From positions 558,001 through 622,000 of the forward strand of contig OZ025675.1 in assembly GCA_964019335.1 (NCBI GenBank): a DNA stretch of 64,000 nt, given 5' to 3'. This stretch comes from Diplonema japonicum. Taxonomy: Eukaryota > Protista > Euglenozoa: Diplonemea. Positions 44,201 through 54,279 of this stretch are shown here, piece after piece. The notes under the pieces are model-generated. The model was not told the DNA's origin. It was given only the letters and a program-made list of their open reading frames with translations, and did not search any database. How positions within the stretch are numbered: position 1 is the stretch's first letter; each line of letters opens with the position of its first letter. The translations under genes and the position numbers were made by a program.

Positions 44201-44665
44201 TGTACCAGATGAGTCGTTTCGTACCGCAACGAGGATTTCTTTGTCGGGGAGGTCCAAGAGAGGGTTCGATTTTTGGATTTTCCGATCGTCCCATCTTGTC
44301 ACGATGCCGGAGAAGATGAGGGACAACGTTGTCCGGTCCAGATTGATGGACACAACGCCTGGGATGTTGAAGACAATGGCGATGGGGGCGGCGACCACCG
44401 GTATGAGTTGTAGCTGAGGGTGCGCTGTGTAGTCCGCCTCTGTGAAAACTGAGTCTGTCCCAGCGAAGTCTACTTCCATAGCTTTCAGTGCAGCTTTCCC
44501 TGACCCGCTTCCGCTGCATGTGTACTCCAGGTCAATGTCCTGAACCACGGTATACCCCTTCCGCCATCCGTCTAACAGCGGGCATAGCAAGCTGCTTCCC
44601 TTCCCAACAAGTACCTGTCCCCCCACTGCTACCACCATGAGGAGGAGGACGGGTAGCTGCCGCAT
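41288..44665 (-). CDS. Single-pass receptor: signal peptide, two PstS-like phosphate-binding domains, TM, helical linker, degenerate class III cyclase-like domain
   Basis: GKGSS, SGSGSG, VDFAGTDS, RNDSSGTT, SIGY, GYPLSG (PstS motifs); second weaker copy (IFERKIDNWN, PGAISV, YPF); TM LITYLSVAGGVLGLVVGVCLTAMVW; linker ...EFVKYIPQHVV resembles ...NYRPYLPTGIF in the cyclase at 61061. Confidence 0.85.
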   Translation of the reverse strand: MRQLPVLLLMVVAVGGQVLVGKGSSLLCPLLDGWRKGYTVVQDIDLEYTCSGSGSGKAALKAMEVDFAGTDSVFTEADYTAHPQLQLIPVVAAPIAIVFNIPGVVSINLDRTTLSLIFSGIVTRWDDRKIQKSNPLLDLPDKEILVAVRNDSSGTTEIMTSGLSAFGQWTGGAPSSTWPDSHTFPDRVAKSSGMLAFVEETPYSIGYNGVSGALSTQLSFASVINEAGKATIPGWADGAAAASGLQLNATTLTGNLVNGAGYPLSGVSYLAFRADNPTSLCAVIDFMYWVTTESVAKSIVSSNSLVPISVESNNMVLTRLAEPGLQCGKRLLNQIHATAATKDLQTFLKTLAYPYHESSPSQYVTVKEVEPTTHVKVRSSEVPSSSGFTPMPMSVGLLAMGCNFGLAIPSIELELQTIMKIFERKIDNWNNEEIRSRNRYVPSHDLPIIIVADEKGTWIAKIFEIFGWDAAAAASFTPNVTVSSEATLATYLKNTPGAISVLPHSYATQWELPVVHPVLEGLPAPPSLEELGKAINLSAFTSDLTIQRTSPQLKKTYPFYYVIYVDLQTDIRPEHGCTEVPGSVQFMSWLVRYPIPDAASSVIADRMAELQLYSLVEILQDPLHSRMKTITCNGTVIYQDSRDMLITYLSVAGGVLGLVVGVCLTAMVWKWRGEKEKYKSLYGANVLATETAEAVACLDFEVLEKLDALENPDRIQAAMLTIMSIMKEFVKYIPQHVVKSVRYGTGKNVYEVADDGDTTVFTESTNESGEDTLESSVSKSFSHGNKSSNGKVFKQLSGKAIRVVGVCIVRPLITPPNQHRSIEEVHGEFLQWVISISELDTKATLHRVQEECVVLAWGSLGGDMGRYRVTKTSCKLTEKAHCGVKIGLSLCGSLGSENIKTFHILGGLLEEADVLSRLAQLTGAGCVTSHSLEDHWGSAFEFSKFFKVSSLLGGGRWIDTALLSFNDIENSINAREWMYELQERQDSQELAGWKLALSQMFELRDTGKALITINEHITTADTPDRFELWLQGCIGTLSRHLMPGDIPPPIEPSQCGSIFAASGVKLSSCPIEYVRPCPIATPSSATCIDGKSPGGRERTAVLTPPCALTGLGEQLTVKPLPRHME

Positions 44666-45221
44666 TTTTTTTTTTTTCTTTCCGGTTTGCATTTTTATTT
44701 TTAAAAGAAGGGCAGGGAAACAAAAAAAAAAAATGTGGTCAGGAAGGACTTGATGCTTCAAAAAAAAAAAAAAAAAAGGAGGGGAAGAGGGAAAGAAACA
44801 AGGACGCGGCCAAAAAAAAGGGGGTGGCTTTAAAAGCTACCCCAACCACAACACAGGGCCGGTTCCGCTTCTTTGAAAGAAAGAAGGCGGCACCAAAAAG
44901 TAAAAAACGGGCAAAAGCAACAAAAGGGAAAAAAGGGATGGAGTGGGGGAGTTAGACGTTTGCCGTTCCGCCGTCGTGGTTTTCTTTTTTTATCCCTCTC
45001 TTTTTATTTTCTCTTAAAAAAAACTCATTGAGCATGCCAACTTATGATTAAATAGAGCAACCGGAGGAAAGAAATGAAGAATCACACTGAAAGGAAAAAG
45101 AGATAACAAAAAAACTGGAATTGAATTTTTTTCGTGTTTCTAAATTTAAAAAGAGGGAAGACGACGGAGGTGGACGCCCTGAGATTTTCTTTTTTTTTTT
45201 TTTTCCTTTTTCTCTCATCCT

Positions 45222-47508
45222 TCACCACGCGTCATCATCTTTTGATTTGCCTGCCGCGTCACTACCCCAGCTGTCCTTCTTGGTGTTGTCCCGCTCGTTC
45301 TTTCCACTCCAGTCTTCTCTTTTCTTGTTGCCCCATTCATCCTCCTCGACCCATCCATCATCCTCCTTCTTCTCACCCCAGCCAGCATCCTTTTTCTTGT
45401 CCCATTCATCCTTCTTGCTTCCCCATTCATCCTTCTTGCTTCCCCATTCATCCTTCTTGCTTCCCCATTCATCCTTCTTGCCTCCCCATTCATCCTTCTT
45501 GCTTCCCCATTCATCCTTCTTGTCTCCCCATTCATCCTTCTTGCCTCCCCATTCGTCCTTCTTGCTTCCCCATTCATCCTTCTTGTCTCCCCATTCATCC
45601 TTCTTGCTTCCCCATTCATTATCTTTCTTGTCCCAGTCACTTTTTTTGTAATCCCATTCGTTCTTTCCCCAGTCGTTCTTCTTGCTGCCCCATTCATCAG
45701 AGCCCTTGCTAGCTTCCCAGCTGTTGTCCCACTCGTTGTACCCCTTGCGTCCTTTGTCCCCTCCCTTGCTACCTTTTCCACCCCAAGACTTGCCGCCCTT
45801 CTGATCGTAAGAGCCCTTCCCGCCCTTCCCTCCGTTCCAGCTGCCGCCCCAGCCACCTTGGTCCCAGGAGTTGTTGCCACCCCAGCTGTCCCGTTCGCCT
45901 TTTCCTCCTTTGCCACCGCCCCAGGAGTTGTTGCCACCCCAGCTGCTGCCACCCCAGGAGTCGTTGCCGCCACCCCAGGAGTCGTTGCCACCACCCCAGT
46001 TGCCGCCGCCACCACCATTGCCCCTCTGAGCGAACTCCTCTTCGCCCCCCCACGAGCGGGAGGGCGTGATGCCTCTGGCGAGTTGCTGTTTGTTGATATT
46101 ATTTATCGTTACGGTTGGCAGACACACCTCGAGGTCCTCATCGATCTCCATGTTCGCCTCGTTCATGACCTTCACGAGGTGCGGCGCGAGGTTGGCGTCT
46201 GCAGGCGTCAGGAACGAGTAGGCATCGCCTATCTGGCCCATGCGCCCCGTCCTACCGATCCTGTGCGTGTACGACTCGATCTCTTTGGGGAAGTCATAGT
46301 TGCACACAAGCGTCAGGTCTGGGATGTGAAGGCCCCTCTGCGCCACGTCGGTGGCGAGCAGGATGGCGGGTGCCGACATCTGGTGGAACTTACTAAGGGA
46401 CATCTCCCTATCCCGCTGCTCCATGCTGCCGCTGATAACGAAGGCAGGGAGTTCTGTGTGTTGTTGTTCTTTCTTTTCCCCAGTTCCCGCCACACACACC
46501 TTCGTTGTCCAGCAAACATTTCGCCCTCTCGCACCCTGTCCTTGAGTTGAAAAAAACGAGGCACTTCTTCTCCTCCCCTCTCTTCCCGACTGTCTGGCGG
46601 AGCAGCTTTATGAACTTCTCGTTTTTCTCATGCTGTTGCATAACCCACACAAACTGACGAATGTTGACGTTGGCCTTCATATAATTATACCCGGTGTAGA
46701 CCGCAAGCCAGCCGTTGGGCATGTAGGTCTTTGCTACCTTCTCAACCTCACGAGGCCAAGTGGCTGTCCACATGAGCGTCTGGCGTTGCTTTGGAAGGAA
46801 GGCACATATATCGTAAAGGGGCTTTTGGAACCCTTGGTCGAGGAGACGGTCGGCCTCGTCTAGAACGAGGTAGGTGATGCTGTCAGCAAGCAGCCACCTT
46901 CTGGTGAAGAGATCTAAAATACGCCCCGGGGTCCCGACGAGGATCTGCGAGTCAGCAGACCTGCTGACCCGTGTACCTCCGTACATGCAGTTGACAGTCA
47001 GGTCAGAATAGCTCGTCATTTCTTCCTTTATTTGAATAACGAGCTCTCTAGTTGGTGCGAGTACTAGCGCGTAAGGCGCGTCGCTCTTCTTGACAGCCTT
47101 GTTGCAGTGGAAGAAAGCGGGAAGCCCGAAGGCCAATGTTTTCCCGGACCCGGTCTCTGCGATCCCTACCACGTCTAGCCCTGACATGGCGATAGGCCAG
47201 GTCTGGGCTTGCACGGGAGTAGGGTTCTTAAAATCCTTGGCCTTCAGCTTTTCCGCGCATCGGGGTAGTGTGACCTCTTCGAAAGAAAGCAGCGGCATAG
47301 TGGCGTTGTGGTACTCATCACTATCGACCAGAATGTCATCCAACCCGTGCTTCCTTACCTGGACTGAGTATGCTTTTCGCCATGTGTCGATATCTTCAAA
47401 GCTGCGGTCTTGCGTCTGTTTGTGTGTTGTAAAAGGAAAAAAGAAAAGAAGGAAGGAAAAAAAAAGAAATACCACTTCTGATGGGGTGTACTTGTATGGG
47501 TCTCCCAT
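45222..47508 (-). CDS. DEAD-box RNA helicase (DDX5/Dbp2-like core) with C-terminal WG-repeat tail; introns 47416-47472, 46454-46499, 46086-46127 (~713 aa)
   Basis: PTPVQ, AETGSGKT, PTREL, TPGR, DEAD, TATWP, ATDVAQRGL, HRIGRTGR; the 46-nt intron joins the two listed ORFs in frame. Confidence 0.9.
45400..45620 (-). repeat. Coding 21-bp tandem repeat (DEWG[S/G/D]KK) x~10
   Basis: ccccattcatccttcttg(c/t)... units in the helicase tail. Confidence 0.92.
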
Positions 47509-48069
47509 TTTGTTTCCTTTTCCTTATTTTTTGCCTTTTGGTATGATCTGATCTATTTTCTTTTTAAAAAAAAAAAGAATATAAAAACGAGGGGAATGAG
47601 ACAGCTTTTCGGAAAAGAGAGAGGAGGACAAGAATTATTATTGATACGGGGCCTGTCAGGGGAAACAAAAGATGACCACACATTTGGTGAAGTTTGTCAA
47701 CCCGAAACACGTTGTCAACGTTCTCCTTTTGTTTAGACAAGTCAAAGACTCGTTCTTGCAAGAAAGAAATAGAAAACATCATTCTGAAGACAAGTTTGTT
47801 GTGAAGAGACTAAACCTCGGTCTGCTTCGAATGCTAGCCTGCGCACTAACCACAGCTAAGTCGGTTCTTGATCTTTTTTTTTCTCCCCCCCCCCGTACAA
47901 GCTTCTTCCTTTTTTTTTCCTTTTTTTTTCCTTCATTTTCCGATCGCAATGCAAACCTTCAAGGGAGAGGAAGGGCAGGGCAGGGAGGGGGGTGCTTTCT
48001 TCATAAGCAGCTGGTATCCGATCAGTATATCATTTTCAAAACAAAAAAAAAACTCAAAGTACAGGACAA

Positions 48070-48340
48070 GCCCCCCGCTAGAGGGCTGCCCTATAGGAGG
48101 GGGTCTATCTATTAATACTCCCCTTCTGCGAGGCCGTGAGCGCCTTGCGAAGTAGAGTGATGCGGTCGCGCTTGTAGGCGGCCTTAAAATCCATCAGCTT
48201 GTCGTAGCCTATAGTGCCTTGATGAGGGACTTCACCCTTTTCTGCTCGTCCGCTGGGAAGGGGCGTCGCTTCTTCCGTGCCCTGCATTTTGCGTTTATCT
48301 TTACGATGAGGGCCTTGATTGCGTGCCCTATCTTCCAGCA
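48070..48340 (-). pseudogene. Short 3' fragment of the non-LTR element
   Basis: IKALIVKINAKC...RRPFPA...RVKSL and KRDRITLLRKAL..QKGSINR match the C-terminus of 31646-33370; the 3' UTR starts with the same gatagacccc. Confidence 0.8.
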
Positions 48341-48382
48341 AAGAAAAAAAAAGAAAACAAAAACAAAAAGAAATTTAGCGAT

Positions 48383-48500
48383 AGGTTGTTTGTGCAAAGC
48401 CGGCGATATCCTGTAGAAGGTTAAAGCCGAACGAAGCTTGCCTCGACTCTTTTTTAGCAAATAACAAATTCATTTTACAATTATTGTTTCTCTTGTGGTA
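48383..48500. repeat. Family B repeat, diverged copy
   Basis: ggttgtttgtgca.agccgg....cctgtagaagg.taa...actctttttagcaa.taacaa.ttcatt followed by a long A-run. Confidence 0.78.
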
Positions 48501-48501
48501 C

Positions 48502-48550
<49 letters not shown>

Positions 48551-48714
48551 AAAAAAGAAACTCGATAAGATTTCAGTGTGCTGGCTCTATCCACAACTGT
48601 TGGAAGGGAAGAACAGAACAAAGCAAAAGAAAAAAAGAAAAAAAAAAGAACGTTTGCAAAAAAGAAAAGGGGGGTTGTGAAGAGAGCAAAAGGAGAGAGC
48701 CGCATTCGTTTCTT

Positions 48715-50313
48715 CTAAAAACAAGTAGGAACGGAGCATATAGGACCGGGGTTACCAGATGGCCCATTGGGGTAGTGGGTGTTATAGTATTCAGCAGCGC
48801 AGGTGGCGTTGCATGGCCCGACTAACGCCGGTGGCGAACAGTGCCCGCCAGGGCCAGGAATGGGCCCCGTCCACCCCGAGCAATCCCGCACAGTTAACAC
48901 GGACGCATTCAGAAAACTCCACAATTCCTGCACTATTGCAGGGTTCTGCGCCGCAATGTTCTGGTGCTCCCCCATGTCAGCACGCAAATCGAACAAACAC
49001 GGGGCATGCCCTGAACCGGGAAAAAACCCCTCTGAAGGAGGAAGATCCTGGTAGTTACAAGGCCAATCAGCATCGTCACTCTCCACCCACGTCCCGTTCG
49101 CCTGTTTCCAACCGTTATTCTGCGTTTTAAAATACGGCTGAGAAACAACAAGTTTATAAACCCCGGCAACCACAACCTCCTTGCTCAGAACAAGCTTGTC
49201 ATGCGCTGCATCAATGGGGTAGGTGCTGCGGTTCATCAGCATGTCCCATATATCAACCCCGTCAATACCGGGAAAACTGTCATTTCCGTAAATGTTTTTA
49301 AACGGTTTTGAAGGGTCCGTCGGAAGCGGTTCGACAGGCGGGCTGTCTGATCCATCGATTCCAGCTAGACTGCAAAATGTAGGGTACCAATCGACAATGT
49401 GGAAATTAATATCATTCCTAGTGCCGTGGAGGGACGTAGGAACGATCCCGCCTGATATGAAAGTTGCTGTTCGAAGGCCGCCCTCCCAGTTGGAATGTTT
49501 CTCGCCTCTCAAAGGGTAGTTGTTCCCACTGACGACGCCACCATTGTCAGATGTGTAGACTATTAAGGTGTTGTCCCACATGTTTTTGTCTTTCAGGGTT
49601 TGAACGATGCGGCCTACATATACATCGGCATCCCATAGCATTCCTTCGTAAGTGCTGTTTAAAGGATTTCCCGGGACGGGGTTGTAAGGTTCGTGGACAG
49701 CTTGAAACGGAAGGTACAGAAACATTGGTGTTGAAACATTGTGGTTAGAGATGTATTGAAGCGAGAGTTCTCCGTACAAATTGCTGCTGTACTCTGTGGC
49801 GTGGCACGTGTTTGGTTTATCGATGAACTGGTTATCATCGTGGACAGGGTGGAGGTCCTGCCAGCGATCGTTGCTGGTGTATTGTTGTGATCCGGTTAGG
49901 TAACCAAAGAATTCATCGAAACCTTTATTAACTGCTAGGTGTTTTGTGCTTTTGTACCCTGTGTGGCCTTTGCCGTACCATGCTGTTGTGTACCCCGCGG
50001 ATTTTAGTTTTTCGGAGATTAGCGTCATTCTGAGATCGATGTCGTCGGTGGCGACACCCGACAGCTGTTCCCCGTGGTGGAGCGGGAGCCGTCCAGAGAG
50101 AAAACTTCGCCTTGTTGGGGAGCAGTGCCAGTGGGTGTAGTGGTTCGTCAGCTCTATCCCCTCGGTCGCTAGTTTTGTAAGGTTCTGCGTCCATGAAGCC
50201 GCTGCTTTATTGTGGAAGCCGATGTCGTACCAACCCATGTCATCCTGCAGGATCATCACAATGTGCGGCTTTGTGGAAAGCACCAGACTTGCTATGATGG
50301 GTAATAGGTTCAT
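48715..50313 (-). CDS. Secreted sulfatase (arylsulfatase B-like)
   Basis: Signal peptide, PHIVMILQDDMGW, CSPTRRSFLSGR, GKGH, FQAVHEP, SDNGG, NYPLRGEKHSNWEGG, HIVDWYPT. Confidence 0.93.
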   Translation of the reverse strand: MNLLPIIASLVLSTKPHIVMILQDDMGWYDIGFHNKAAASWTQNLTKLATEGIELTNHYTHWHCSPTRRSFLSGRLPLHHGEQLSGVATDDIDLRMTLISEKLKSAGYTTAWYGKGHTGYKSTKHLAVNKGFDEFFGYLTGSQQYTSNDRWQDLHPVHDDNQFIDKPNTCHATEYSSNLYGELSLQYISNHNVSTPMFLYLPFQAVHEPYNPVPGNPLNSTYEGMLWDADVYVGRIVQTLKDKNMWDNTLIVYTSDNGGVVSGNNYPLRGEKHSNWEGGLRTATFISGGIVPTSLHGTRNDINFHIVDWYPTFCSLAGIDGSDSPPVEPLPTDPSKPFKNIYGNDSFPGIDGVDIWDMLMNRSTYPIDAAHDKLVLSKEVVVAGVYKLVVSQPYFKTQNNGWKQANGTWVESDDADWPCNYQDLPPSEGFFPGSGHAPCLFDLRADMGEHQNIAAQNPAIVQELWSFLNASVLTVRDCSGWTGPIPGPGGHCSPPALVGPCNATCAAEYYNTHYPNGPSGNPGPICSVPTCF

Positions 50314-50532
50314 TTTTTTTTTTTTTTTTTTTTTTCCTTTTAGATTTTTTTTTTGTTGTTGTTTTACGATTTCAAAAAAAAAATCTTTTGATAGGGTGGG
50401 GGAGAGTACCACGTTCATACATTGGTTTTTTTTTTTTTTTTTTCCCCCTTTTTTTTTTTTTTTTTTTGTCTTGCTAGCTGTAGAAATAAGGGAAGGGGAA
50501 GAGGGCATTCCGGGTTTCAAGTTTTTCTTTTC

Positions 50533-50558
<26 letters not shown>

Positions 50559-50563
<5 letters not shown>

Positions 50564-51160
50564 CACTCTTCAGAAATTACTTCACGCACTAGGGGGCCTA
50601 TTACTTCACGCTAAATCTCATTACTTCACGGTGAAATAATGGCCTGTTTTCCGTGAAGTAACAGGGGTTTCCGGTAAATAATATACCTCGGTGGGCCAAT
50701 TTCTGCCTCGGTTCGGTTCCCAGTGGGGCTACTTTTTCCTCTCAGTTTGCTACTTTCCCCCCAGGTTCAGCTCAATTGGCCAACTTTTGCCTCGGCTCAG
50801 TTCCAAGTTGGACTACTTTTTCCTCCCAATTTGCCCACTTTTGGCTAGGCCTTGTTCCCAGTTTCTGGGGGTAACTCTTCTGCGGGTAAGGGTAACTTAG
50901 TCAGCTTACCCAAGCTCCCCAAAAGACTTCAAAATATCGAAGCAGCAGAAAGTGAGGAGCGAGTGGCGCGCCAGGTATGAGAAGGCCTGATTAGAGATGG
51001 TGACAGTGGCAATGCTATTAGCGACAGCGGCAGCTCTTAGTCAACAAAAGGAGGAACTTGTATTGTAAACTTTGTAACCCCTCTCTTGTTGTGCCCCTCG
51101 TGGTGAAGTAATTTCAGAGTGTCGTGAAATAAAACCACTTACCTACCGCCAAGTAATGGT
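50559..51160 (-). mobile_element. Diverged relative of family A lacking the long hairpin
   Basis: End tttcactctt...cttcac.cactagggg.c mirrors the family A end; gtgaaataaaaccacttacctaccgccaa (~51124-51152) matches ttggcggcaagtaagtcgttttatttcac inverted; internal imperfect repeats 50690-50870. Confidence 0.68.
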
Positions 51161-52611
51161 AAATAGCTATAATCCCCCTTTACTCTCATCGAGACTGGAA
51201 AACGCAACACTCTGCTGCTCAAAAACAAGAACCCTTAGAACATGATGGGAAAATGCTAACAAAACGGGCTGGGGACCTTTACTAAATTCTACTCCTGTCC
51301 AAGTTTTGACAGGGGCGTCACCAAGGTCAATGCGAGCCACGTCTCGAGCAGGCCGGAACGGGGGAAATAAAAGAAGAAAGGCACCTTTGCTCTCGTGTCA
51401 CCAAGAGGCCACTTTGGGGTATTTGGTGCAGCCCCCTCAGTGGACAGGAGACGGACGGCAAAGCGACTTTGTATTCAGAAGCTAGAAAAAAACAGAAACA
51501 AGAAAAAACACTTTAACACACGAAATGAAAAAAAAAAAAAAGAGATGAGATAAAGGAGGTTCCTGTTTTGGAACGTCCCCCTTGTCTCTACTTATCTACC
51601 CCTTTCTCCCTTCTGGGGCCTCGGCCCAAAAAAAAAGAAAAAAAAAGAAAAAGAAAAATAGAAAAATAAAAAGTCATTCCTAGTTGGCTTGATGTTGTAA
51701 TAAAAAAAAAAAAAAAAAAGTCTTTTTGTGGCACGCTTTGTCTTTCATGATTTCCCCCCCCCCCCCCCTTTTTTCCTTTTTTTAAAAAACGCAAAATAGC
51801 AACTCATTTACAATTATTTATTTTTTCTCTTGTTCAACCAGGGGGAAAAAAAAAAAAGAATAGGAAGAAAAAAAAATTGTCAGGTGATAGCCTTCTGCTT
51901 ACACCCCCTGGGATGGCTTTATTTGAGCGCACATTCTTTTTTTTTTTTTTTTGGAGGGGAGGAGTAGATTCAGACTTTTTACAAGCTTTTTTCCCCGTGA
52001 ACAACTGTAAATCTTTATTTAAAAAAAGAAGGAAAAAAGAAGGGGGGGGGGGGAGGAGGAAGAAAAAAACACGCAAATATTGAGAGCAACACAGACAAAG
52101 AGTTGCACTGTAAATGGTCAGGGAATATACCATTTAAAAAAAAAAGAGACATTTAAGGGTACCTGCGGTATGTGGCAGGGCGCCTAAGAAACAAAAAGGT
52201 GTCTTGAAAAAAAAAAAAAAGAAATTAAAAAAGAATTAGAAGAAAATGTGTTGTCATCTGCGTACACGACACAAGGGGGAGAGAGTAACAAAAACAAAAA
52301 AAGGGAAAAAAAAAGAAACTCGTTTTTTTTTTTTTTTTTTCCGTAGTTTTCTGTACCGTGTTGATAATGACTCGTTTTTTTTTTTTTTTTTTTTTATTCT
52401 TCCTTTTTTTTTCTTTTCTTTATAGTATTTTGCCTTCTCTCCTTTTCTTTTGGCTGTTTAGTGCTTGCGACAAATGTTTCAACAATATTATCGTTGAGCC
52501 TAAAAACTAGTTCATGGCAGCGAAATGAGCAATTTTATTAGGTAAAACTCCGCTCGCATAAACAAATTAATCGCCAAACTAGTTTTTTAGAACAAATATA
52601 ATATATTATAT

Positions 52612-52673
52612 GAGCTCGTCCAGGAAAAAACTGCTGAACTGAATTATTTTGACATTTTAATCCGGTCGGGCTC
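52612..52673. mobile_element. Tiny MITE with GAG...CTC ends and ATAT flanks (Sola-like)
   Basis: atat-gagctcgtccagga ... tccggtcgggctc-atat; the same terminus occurs at 16748-16770. Confidence 0.5.
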
Positions 52674-53307
52674 ATATCAGCTTTTTTTTTTTTTTTTTTT
52701 TTGTGTGTGCATCGGCGTGAAAGTGACAGGTTTTAAGTCGCTTTTCTTTATTTCTTTCTTGAGGGGGGGGATAATTGTGATGAAGACCCAGAAAGAAGAA
52801 AAAAAAGAGGGGTAAAAAAAAAAGGATTTCAGTGGTGATCTCAAGAACAAGATGAAGAGAGGGGAAAAAAAAAGGGGGGGGGAGTCGTTACATTTGCCCG
52901 TTCTTCCCTCACTGCGATGTTTAGTACCAGATATGCAGCCCTCCCTTCACACAGAAGAGTGGATGTACTGGGATATGCTGTCTGCACTTTGGAGAACAGG
53001 GAACTACGTAAGCGCGGCGGGGGGGGGGGGGGGGGGGCGTTAAATATTGATAGGAAGCGAATTGGTTATCAACAGCCCACCGTGGTGGCGTTGCCTACTT
53101 ATAACGCTCCCCTATCTCCCATCCTCGCCTGCAGCCCAAGAAAAAAAAAAAAGAAAAAAAAAATCTTTCTTGCATCGAAGCTGGCAGTTCTTCTTTTTCT
53201 TTTCTTTTTTTTTTTCTTCTTGTCGTCATTGCCATGGTCTGACACACTAGAAAGATTAACATCCCTTTTAAAAAAAAAGGGCGGGGGGGGGGGGGGGGGG
53301 GGACACA

Positions 53308-54147
53308 TTATATAACAGACTGCCCCCTTCGCCTCGCGGGGCCTGGGCGGGGGCTGTTGGTCTTTTTATCAGCGGGTTTGCTGTCTGTAGCTTTGGCAGA
53401 CCGCTCCTCCACAGTGAGTTTCCTGGGGTGGATGTGAAGATTCTTACAAAGCGTTCCTAATGTACACCCTGCCTCAGGCGATAAGAAAGCAGGACACCGA
53501 ACCGCCTCCACCGAAGGCAGCTTCCACTGCTGAGAACAAGTGCGGCACCTCAAGGTCGAGACACCTGCTTTGATACGAACAGAATCCCATGTGTTGTGAA
53601 GGCACGGCCTGCAAGACGGTGGGGGTGGCGCAGGGGGAACAGCTATAGGCAAAGTAGGGTGCTGCTCCGCCAATGGCTGGATGGCAGCCTCGGGACACCC
53701 ACTTATACTATCCCTGTAGCATTCAGGTTTCGTCATTATCATGTTGGAAATTAGCATGGTTGGGAACGAGAATGTCATAACCATCCTCTTGTGGTCGAAG
53801 CAAGGAGCGACGCCCTGTGGGGTGACTGTTGATGTGGTGTGGTCGATGACACACGTGTCGTGTCCTAGCTGCTTGACACCTTCGATGTGAAAGGACACAA
53901 CTGAGGTGTAGCCCCCGTAGAGCTGTTCGATGTACTTGTTGTAGTCACGGCAGGCCTCTACCTTGCCTGTACCTTGCAGGGGGAGCTGTACCATTTCAGA
54001 CTTCCAGGACACGTCATTCTCTAGCCAGCTGTCGAAGCACTCGGAGACCAGTCCCTCGTGCATGCTTGCGATGAACTCTTTGAAGAATTGAATGCCGGCA
54101 TCGGCCACGCTTGTGTGGGGGGTGATCCCACTCCGGAATTTTCGCAT
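53308..54147 (-). CDS. NTF2/SnoaL-like domain plus CxHNxWD...CRxC zinc-binding motif plus CCCH zinc finger
   Basis: WLENDVSW...GKVE pattern; CLHNTWDSVRIKAGVSTLRCRTCSQQW; C-x8-C-x5-C-x3-H (CPAFLSPEAGCTLGTLCKNLH-like). Confidence 0.75.
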   Translation of the reverse strand: MRKFRSGITPHTSVADAGIQFFKEFIASMHEGLVSECFDSWLENDVSWKSEMVQLPLQGTGKVEACRDYNKYIEQLYGGYTSVVSFHIEGVKQLGHDTCVIDHTTSTVTPQGVAPCFDHKRMVMTFSFPTMLISNMIMTKPECYRDSISGCPEAAIQPLAEQHPTLPIAVPPAPPPPSCRPCLHNTWDSVRIKAGVSTLRCRTCSQQWKLPSVEAVRCPAFLSPEAGCTLGTLCKNLHIHPRKLTVEERSAKATDSKPADKKTNSPRPGPARRRGQSVI

Positions 54148-54279
54148 TCCTCCCCCCCCTCCCCTCCCTCCTTCCTTTTTCTTTTTTGCTTGACAATGAG
54201 GAAATAAAAAATGGGGGGGGGGGAAGAAGGAGAGAGAAGAAAAAAAAAAAAAAAAAAAAAAAAAAGAAAGAAAAAAAGA

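Noticed and set aside
44829-44840. tttaaaagctac resembling part of a euglenozoan spliced leader
   Set aside because: Only ~12 nt, with no flanking SL exon or donor site; expected by chance.
45121-46018. Repetitive ORFs (PHSSFLL, PIHPSC, RRMNGEA)
   Set aside because: Other frames of the helicase 21-bp repeat.
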